Source: Flaccisagitta enflata
Taxonomy: Eukaryota
Length of the DNA stretch: 64,000 nt
NCBI GenBank assembly: GCA_965153355.1
Contig: OZ231126.1
Coordinates: 8,928,001-8,992,000, forward strand
Direction of reading: 5' to 3'
Made by a program: the position numbers and the translations under genes. Shown here in pieces: positions 55,188 to 64,000 of this stretch. Position 1 is the stretch's first letter, and the number at the start of each line of letters is the position of its first letter. The notes under the pieces were generated by a model. It ran no database searches. It had not been told where the DNA came from and saw only the letters and a list, made by a program, of their open reading frames with translations.

Positions 55188-55392
55188 CTCTTTTTTCTGT
55201 TCTTCCTTTCTTCCATTCTTTTTTTCTTCCATTTTTTTTCTGCTTTTTTTCTTTTTTGTTTGCTTTCTTTTTCTTTCTTTCTTTCTTTCTTTCTTTTTTT
55301 CTTTCTCTCTTGCTTTCTTTCTTTCTTTCTTTCTTTATTTTTTCTTTCTTTCTTTTTTTCTTTTTTTTTCCTTTCTTTCTTTCTTCCTTTCT
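54765..55392. repeat. (TTC)n and (TTTC)n pyrimidine tracts; others at about 13133-13480, 33369-33477 and 38207-38293
   Basis: Direct reading. Confidence 0.9.
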
Positions 55393-55552
55393 TGCCTGGT
55401 TTCTCTACTCCAAAGTTTTCTATCATTTTCCCCTCCCTCTCCCAACATATTTTTTTGAGCTACCGCTTTTTAAAAATATGAACTTTTTCTTTAGGGGGGT
55501 GTACTGTATTGGCTGTGATATATACTTAGCTGAGATCTATTTAGCTGAGATA

Positions 55553-56806
55553 CACTTTTTTCTTTTTATAAGAACCAAGTTTATAAGAACGTTAGGCTTC
55601 AATTCATTAAAAATTTTTGAACATTCTAAGAACATTGGAAAGCTTCATTTCTTCAAAAATTTAAGAACATTAGACTTAAAATCTAAAAAATCTAAGAACA
55701 TTTTTTTTGCTATTTTCTTATCAAATGTTCTTTTTAAATGGAAAGACTGTATCTTTTATGTTCAGCGAATCATGTTTTTTTTTTATTGCACATATTTTTC
55801 TACTTTTATTGATTTTAATTCACTTACAATGTTTAAATCTGCTACTTTTTGTTTCATTGACATTTTCCTTCATTTTCTCCTTAATGACATACTTAAGAAT
55901 GTTTTTAATTGAAAGTTAAAAAGTGCGTTTAAATCAAGAACAATTTAAGAACGTTCAAGCCTTGAAACTAGTGATGTGGAAGCGGAAGCGGAAGCGGAAG
56001 CGGAAGCGGGTGGAAGCGGCACTTTCTCACTGGAAGCGGAAGCGGAAGCGGAAGCAGTTTTTAGAATCTCAGTGGAAGCGGAAGCGGAAGCGGAAGCGGT
56101 TTTTAAAAATTTGGTGGAAGCGGAAGTGGAAGCGGAAGCGGAAATAAAAACTTAAATGGAAGCGGAAGCGGAAGCGGAAGCAGATACAGTGGAAGCGGAA
56201 GCGGAAGCGCTGAAAGCTTCCGCGTCCACTTATATACATTATCAGGCTTGAGCAATTGTATAAGTTAATAGGACTAAGAAAATTTTGTGTATTTGGTTTT
56301 CCATATAAATGTAACCAATTTTGTAATTTTCATTATGCAATACAATACAATGCAATAATAAAATAGTAAAATAGTAAAATAATAAAATAGTAATGAAAAA
56401 ATCAAAGGGGAGTAAAAAAAAATCAGGTAGATGAATAAGCATTTAAGATTCTTAGAACAGAATAAGTAATAGTGATAAATGATAAGAAGAAGAAGAAAAA
56501 GAAGATAAAGATTAAGTGAAAGTGAAAGAGGGTAAAGGATAAAGAAAAGGAAGAGGAAGAGGAAATTGTGTGAGTCTAAGTGACTGAAAAAAAAGAAGAA
56601 GAGGAAGAAAAATTTGAGGAGTAGGAGGAGGAAAAAGAAGTTTTGGTGAGTAAAGAATAAGGGAGAGGAAGAGGAGGAGTTTGAGTGAGTGAAAGATAAA
56701 GAGGAGGAGGAAGAAGAAGAATGTACATCTGTTAAGGAGACAGTGAAAAGCTAGAATTTCAGGGGATGAAGAAGAGGATAAAAAAATAGAAATGTAGATA
56801 AAAAAA

Positions 56807-56842
<36 letters not shown>

Positions 56843-56850
56843 AGAGAGAA

Positions 56851-56897
<47 letters not shown>

Positions 56898-57184
56898 AGA
56901 GAAAGAGAAAAAAAAGAGAAAGAGAGAGAAAAAAAGAAAAAAAGAGAGAAACAAGGCTGGATACACGGCTACCCTAGTGGCTTGCGGGTGGGCAGGGGCA
57001 GTGATGGAGGTCACTGACGCATTTAGGCAGGAGCAGTGAGCTCAAAATGCTCAAAAATGCCAAAAAAGTAAAATGGGGACTGACCGACCAAAAAACGGAC
57101 GGATTGATGGACGGACAGACAGACAAAGCGGGGTGTAGAGTTGCGTAGCACGCGACTAAAAAAGAAAGAGAGACAGAGAGAGAG

Positions 57185-57244
<60 letters not shown>

Positions 57245-58169
57245 GATACAGACACACACACACAAACACTTAAACAAACAAAAAAAAACAAACATAGCTA
57301 AAACATCTAACAGTAGCTATAAAAAAACAAATAAAAAGGTAAAAATATCTATATGTAACATTCATTTAATCCAATTTAAGAAATCATTATAGTTTATGAA
57401 TTATTATCAATACTCAATTTATCAATATTATGTTTGTTTGTTACTTTGCCTGCCTAACAGATATGCTCATCTCTTGATTTACAAAATGGCCATTTTGATA
57501 ACAATAAATCTAAATTTGAATGTTTGGATAATAAGTTATTTTTAAGTTTTTTTTCGATAGTGACATTGTATTGTACCAAAAACATAATTGATTCATTTAT
57601 TCATAGTTAAGAATAAAACACCTGGTAGCCTTTTTTATTTCTACCAACTATATTTTTCTTTATTGTCATATCAATTTCATATTTATAGTCAAAGGATTTT
57701 ATGTAAGTATTATAACTATATTTTCCATTTGAAAGATATTTGTTTTTATTATTCAGGATTCTTGTGAATCAAGTACTATTGAAATTGAAGTTCTTCTATG
57801 TTATAAGATTAGATAAAATAATATAAGCTCTAGTGGATGTGGTAATGAAAGCGGAAGTGGAAGCGGAAGCGGAAGCGGAAGCGGAAGCGGAAGCGGAAGC
57901 GGAAGCGGAAAAAAAAATTGAAATGGAAGCGGAAGCGGAAGCGGAAGCTTTAAAAAATTCTTAGATGGAAGCGGAAGCGGAAGCGGAAGCGGAAAAATAT
58001 TTCTGAATGGAAGCGGAAGCGGAAGCGGAAGCGAAAACAATTTTGAAAATGGAAGCGGAAGCGGAAGCGGTCCAAAAATTTGGCGCTTCCACATCACTAC
58101 TTGAAACTGCTCAAAATTTAAGAACATTGAAGGCTTGCTCAAAAAATGATGTTCTTATAAAAAAAAGTA
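55553..58169. mobile_element. TA-flanked non-autonomous DNA element hosting the GGAAGC element
   Basis: Ends CACTTTTTT...TTATAAGAAC and GTTCTTATAAAAAAAAGT, internal TAAGAAC repeats, inserted in a short ttagctgagat repeat. Confidence 0.6.
55969..58099. mobile_element. hAT-like element with (GGAAGC)n subterminal arrays
   Basis: Perfect TIR TAGTGATGTGGAAGCG / CGCTTCCACATCACTA and 8-bp TSD CTTGAAAC. Confidence 0.9.
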
Positions 58170-58431
58170 TATACTTAGCTGAGATACACTTGGCTGTGTG
58201 ATGTACTTAGTAGTATGGATTGTCTCTAGAAGCATCAGCAAACATCTGTAAGATGCCTCAGTTTACATGTAAAGCTGACCCTACCCACCTGCATCACTGC
58301 CCCTGCCCATCGCTAAGTGAAGAGTTTCCATCATCGGCTTTCATATTTTTTCAATGACACCAGATTATTAATGCAAGATGATTCATGCTTTCATGTTTGA
58401 TAGGCTGGGAACTGACCAATGAGATTCAATT

Positions 58432-58758
58432 CAGGGGTGTATAAAGTTGAGTCGCATTTGATTTTATTCCCCCCCCCCCCTGCATTTGATTTTCTTCCCC
58501 GCGACGCGTCGCATCGCGTTATGAAATCATTGATTTTTTCTACCCTCAAAGCATAAAACAGTATATTTAAGGTTTTAATTGTGTTAAATTGTGTTGTACT
58601 AATTACATTTTACCTTTTGGTACTGCCAGAAGTGTTAAATCTTCACAAATTTTCTTTTTTCTTTTTTTCAATCTTTTGATTTTCTTCCCCATCTCCAAAC
58701 CATTTGATTTTATTCCCCGTGCCCACCAGGGGGGAATGCTCAATATTATACACGCCTG
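58432..58758. mobile_element. MITE with CAGG termini
   Basis: Termini CAGGGGTGTATAAAGTTGAG and CTCAATATTATACACGCCTG, internal repeated tttgattttattcccc. TSD unclear. Confidence 0.6.
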
Positions 58759-58838
58759 AGATTCATTGAACATGATCAGGGAATATCTTAAGCTTTTGAG
58801 CAGGTTGGAAAAAAATCACAGGTCCGATTCTCTCTCCT

Positions 58839-58923
<85 letters not shown>

Positions 58924-59054
58924 ATTCAGGTACATGCAGGTACATGCAGGTACATGCAGATTCGCACATACGAGGAAACCTAGGCACATTTTTTTTTCTT
59001 CCGCAACCAAACCAAAATGATTCCTGTCTGTCTGTCTGTCTGTCTGTCTCTCTG

Positions 59055-59134
<80 letters not shown>

Positions 59135-59158
59135 AATAAATCTCTCTCTCTGTCTCTG

Positions 59159-59197
<39 letters not shown>

Positions 59198-60010
59198 GTG
59201 AATCAAAAATTTTATAAAATATAAATATATTAATCTCAAACACTAATTCAAATTAAAAGTCAAAAGAAGTCAGACGTATACAAATACTTACTGAGGCTAA
59301 ATCATTTCATTTTATATCAAATGAAAGTAGTTAAAGTGAGCAAAATGAGCTAAATGAGCGGAAAAATGATTTTCATTATTTGTAAGGGAGAAAATCTTTC
59401 TTTGAATAAAAAGAATGTATGTATTAAATCAGTTAAAGACAATTTACTTTTTATATTTAAGATGACTTAGCAGTGCTTTTTACTTCTTTTTCTCGCAATC
59501 TATTTGCTTTGTATTCAAAGCTCTTAAGGCATTGAATCCAATAAAAGGGGTCGATATTGGGTATGAATAGCCTAAATACATATTAAATTAGACAAACAAA
59601 TGTTTTTCACTCTTTATGTATCTTTAAGTATGATGAAATTTAAAAAATGTAATGATAATCCTCAATGAGCCACCTGGAGCATGTTTCAGCCCACAGTGCG
59701 TTGGTCCGTCCATCCGTCGATATGTCCATCCGTTACACAAGTGCCAAAACCGCATTCCTTGGTTGTTTTTGGCCACGATGAGATCCTATACTGAATAAAA
59801 TGATCGACAAACATGTTTTGAAGGTTTCCTTTACCACTCTTGTCGTTTTATCTGTCAGTTTGTCCATCTCTCTCTCCATATATGTCACATGTTCAATACA
59901 CACAGAGACACAGCCCGGACGCATCTTTGCCTGGTCGGGCTTGTTTTGTCTCTATATGTATAAACAGCAAAATTTTTTTAGTATAAACCAATAAAAAAAA
60001 GTCTTGTATA

Positions 60011-60133
<123 letters not shown>

Positions 60134-60546
60134 CTCTCTCTCTCTCTCTCACTTATGGGTGTGTGTCTAAACAAGGGGCCGCCATGGCGGCCCCGGCGGC
60201 CCTTTGCCATACGGCCCTGCTCTTGCTTCACTTTACTTACTCGGTCAAAACAAAAGCCTGTCATGTCCTCTATCCTCCTATGTTCTATATCCTCCTTCCT
60301 TCCTCCTCCTTCCTTTCCCTCACCCCCCCCCCCCACCTTTCTTCTGGTCTCCTTGTCCCAGACTTTCTTCTTTCTCTTCACTTTCTCCAATTGATTGTGT
60401 GTGATGAGAAATCGTACGGGAAGTAAATTACTTCGGTCGGTCGTCATGGTGATGGTTTGTTGAGAACGCGTGATACTCTCTGTGACTCTCGTGTTAGGTA
60501 GTGTCACTATGCAAAACGCATTAAGAAAAAGCATTACTCGATGGCT

Positions 60547-60590
60547 TTTTAGATGCGTCCTCGCATCTCTATAAGAGGGTGTGTCCCTTG

Positions 60591-60621
<31 letters not shown>

Positions 60622-61437
60622 CGGAACACGAAATTTTTGAAATGCGATTTTCAAGGTTTTCTCTTTAATTCTCTTCATGTCTCTTCATGTCTCTAATATT
60701 TCTTATGTCTCTTTCATCTCTTTTGTCTCTTTTGTCTCTTTTGTCTCCTATATGTCTCTTATATGTCTCTTATGTCTCCTATATGTCTCTTATATCTCTT
60801 ACGTCTCTTCTTTCTCTCATGTATCTTAGGTATCTTTTGTCTCAGGTGTCCCTTATGTCTCTTTGTGTCTTTTGTCTCTTTTGTCTCCTATATGTCTCCT
60901 TTATGTCTCCTGTATGTCTCTTATGTCTCATATATCTCTTATGTCTGTTATATCTCTTACATCTCTTATGACTCTTATATCTCTTAGGTCTTTTATGTCT
61001 CTCATGTCTCTTCATGTCCCTATATATCTCTTATGTTTCCTCATGTCTCTTCATGTTTCTCCAAGTCCCTTCATGTCTCTTTGTGAGGATGAGGCGGGGG
61101 AGGGTGAGGGCGTGGAGGGGAGGCGTGGTGGGAGGGTGGGGAGGTGTGGGGGGAGGGGTGGGGGAGTGGGGAGAGGGGTGGGGAGGCGTTGGGGGGGGAG
61201 GTGGGGGGGAGGCTTGGGGAAGAGGGGGGGGTGGGGAGAGGAGAGGAGGCGTGGGGGGAGGGGGAGAGGGGTGGGGAGGCGTGGGGGGAGGGAGGAATCA
61301 GTTTATATTTTTGTCTTTATCTCTGTATCTTTATATTTTCATATCATTATATCTTAATATCTTTATATCTTAATAATTTGTATGAAAATATCTTACATCT
61401 AAAGAGGACGCATCTATTGGACATCTCTTGGCCTTGT
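60547..61437 (+). mobile_element. DINE-1/HINE-like element, family A (AGATGCGTCC variant) with expanded interior
   Basis: tttttAGATGCGTCCTCGCATCT, (GTCT)n, tatgtctct repeats, a G-rich tract, then GGACGCATCT...ggccttg. Related copies at about 13485-13740, 51791-51860 and 59690-59945. Confidence 0.75.
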
Positions 61438-64000
61438 TAGTAGTTTATGTGAATGCTATGTGCTTTAATGTAAATGGAATATTATTGATTTTGTAATTAT
61501 ATCTTTAGTCAAAAAGAGTTGGCAGGGGGGTAGCCTGACCAAAGCTATTTCTGGGGATTGCTCCCGAAGATTCAAGTGTTATGACAATGAATCGAGACTG
61601 AGAATGGTTGAAATTGATAGAATTCTGTGACCCACTAAGTGTTGATATGGGGGATGATTATCAGAAAACAGCCAACATAAAGGTAAAAGAAATAGAAAAA
61701 TTAGTGCTTTATACTTACCAATGAACTAATAGTCGCAAAAGCGTTAGATGGTCAGCGGTACCCGTGCCCTGCCTAAGTAGGTTGTGGTTGAAGTTGAGGG
61801 GGGAGCAGGGCAGCGGCCCCGAAGGGGTCGATGACCTATGCTTTCACACATATGGGGGATTTTCTCCTTCTTCTCCTCCTCTCCCAGTCTCGAGGCCCAA
61901 ATCCCAGTCTCGAGGCCCAAATCCCAGCCTCAAGGCCCAAATCCTAGCCTGGAGGCTGAGATTTGGGCCTCAAGGCCGGGATCTGGGCCTCTTGGCTGAG
62001 ATTTTGACGTTGAGGCTGAGATTTGGGCTTCAGGACTGAAATCTGGGCCTCCAGGCTAGGATTAAGGCCTTGAGGCTAGAATTTGGGCCTTGAGGCTGGG
62101 ATTTGGGCCTCGAGACTGGGATTTGGGCCTCGAGACTGGAATTTGGGCCTCGAGACTGGGATTTGAGGGGGGGGGACGTAGGAGAAGAAGAAGGAGAAAA
62201 TCCCCCATATGTGTGAAAGCATAGGTCATCGACCCCTTCGGGGCCGCTGCCCAAAAAGTGGATCATAGGTCATTTATTTGATCAAAAACAGAAAATATAT
62301 AATTCAATTTCAATTCGATTTCATTCTATTTTCCTCTTAATCCAATGACGGGCAAATGACAGCAAATACAGCAATTTTAACAGTTATGGCGGTACAAATC
62401 AAGAGGGAGGACCACATAGGCCACTGCGCCCCTTCGTTATGTAGTCAGCTAAGATATAGGGGGATGTGGCTGGGGTAGCCTGTTCTGAGCAGACCACAGG
62501 TTAATAATGGGGAGTTTTTTATCCGAGTACTAAAGAGGATAAAGAAAGAAGAGAAAAAGAGAATAGGAACTAAGAAAAACCTAGCTAGAGACGTATTTAC
62601 AGAAACAATGAAATATACAAATACTTTTATCAGTTTCGGAGAATTCATGCTATTTTTTGAGACATCCTACTATCATGTGACTTTCCGCGATCACGGGCGT
62701 AGAATTGCTCTTCTGTTTGGTTGAGCTGATTGATTCTCAGCTGCCATCGCTGAGGTCGTCCTGTTCCTCGCCACTAGAGGTCCTCTTTTCAATTATCTCA
62801 ACCTTGGCGACATTTTTAAACAGCTAGCTCTTACTTTTTATTTGTTTTAAGGTTTCCTCCTTGGCTTTTTTTTTCAGTCTGTGTAAAGGACATTGTTCGT
62901 CCATTGGTCCATCCGTCTTTCCATCCGTTGGTACTTGGTAGTACAATTGTCAACAATACCGCCTCTGCCCACATCTCCGTGGCTATTATTGTAACTCCGG
63001 GTCTTTTTCTTCTCAGTCTTTATGCTTTTACACTTTGCTTTTTTTTCAATCTTTATAATTATACTGCGATATCGCCTAATTGGGCAGCGGCCCCAAGGGG
63101 ATGAAGTCCTGTAGAACACGGGGAATCTGTCCATCTGTCCCTCTATCCGTCTGTCCATTTGTACGTCCATACACCCCCCTGCCGCCCCATTGGCAGGGCT
63201 TTGAGTCCTTTAAGGCATATTCCGAACCATATTCTGTCAAATTGCCCAAATCCAAGCAATATGGCCCCATTCTAAGCAGAATGGCCCCATTCTAAGCAGA
63301 ATGGCCCCATTCTAAGCAGAATGGCCCCATTCTATGCAGAATGGCCCCATTCTAAGCAGAATGGCCCAAATCTAGTCAGAAAACCCAAATTCTGGCCCAC
63401 AGAGCATCATTTTGGCCGCTAAGACCTATATTTTGCTTCCAACCACATTTGGGTTATTTTGCTTGGATTTGCTTGGATTTTGCCTGGCTATTCTGCTTGG
63501 AATTTGGCCATTCTGCTTAGATTTGGGCCATATTGCTTAAATGTGCGCTATTTGGTAGAATTTGGGTCAGAATAGGCCCTAAAGCAGGCAAAGCCTTGAA
63601 GATGGGGCGGACAAATTGACAGACGGATGGAGGGACAGATGGATGGGCAGATTCCCATGTGTTCCACAGGTCTTTGTCCCTTTCGGGACTGCTGCCCTGC
63701 TCCTTCTCATTTTAAATCACACATTATTCAAACAGGGCTCGGTTACCGCTGACCACTTACTCCCTTTGGGCTGCTATTCTTGTTTTAATTCTCCCTCCTA
63801 TTTCTTTTTCTACCTCTTTTCCCTCTTCCAATATTTTCTTCTTTATCCGTACATCTGACCTTTCGCCTATCCGAACACAATTAGGCGTTGCTCCCCAGCC
63901 TATGGGTGCTTGCTGCTTTCCTCATTTAGTCATTGATACATTTTCCCTTCCAATCTGTTTATTTGTCATAATGCAATACCTATCTTTTCCCGCTCTCTCT

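Noticed and set aside
54650-55912. 420-aa hydrophobic ORF, the longest in the window
   Set aside because: Produced by (TTC)n/(TTTC)n tracts and AT-rich transposon sequence, not a membrane protein.
60150-60260. GC-rich GCCATGGCG with a good Kozak context
   Set aside because: No convincing ORF or donor follows, so it cannot be supported as a start exon or promoter.
62733-62824. Coding-looking - strand segment (FKNVAKVEIIEKRTSSGEEQDDLSDGS stop)
   Set aside because: In-frame TAG immediately upstream, no pyrimidine-rich acceptor, and no partner exon within the window.

Overview
This is eukaryotic, metazoan invertebrate-type genomic DNA, very rich in microsatellites and small non-autonomous DNA transposons; the taxon cannot be fixed from the sequence. 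I can reconstruct two spliced protein-coding genes. (1) A partial + strand gene has five phase-compatible GT-AG exons between 9387 and 33218, giving about 736 codons of low-complexity, probably disordered protein that I do not recognise. (2) A complete 5-exon - strand gene (45240 to 42810, 154 aa) encodes a secreted Cys-rich protein with a von Willebrand factor type C (VWC) signature. The rest is DINE-1/HINE-like elements of at least two families, hAT-like elements with 8-bp TSDs, Tc1/mariner/pogo-like MITEs with TA TSDs, a piggyBac-like element, long foldback elements (often nested) and minisatellites. The most unusual pattern is that several tandem arrays are built from the genes' own exon boundaries: about 35 copies of a 3' splice junction, about 20 copies of a 5' splice junction, a triplicated acceptor and a repeated stop-codon region. 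No rRNA, tRNA, CRISPR array or transposase ORF was found. Most listed ORFs are microsatellite artefacts.
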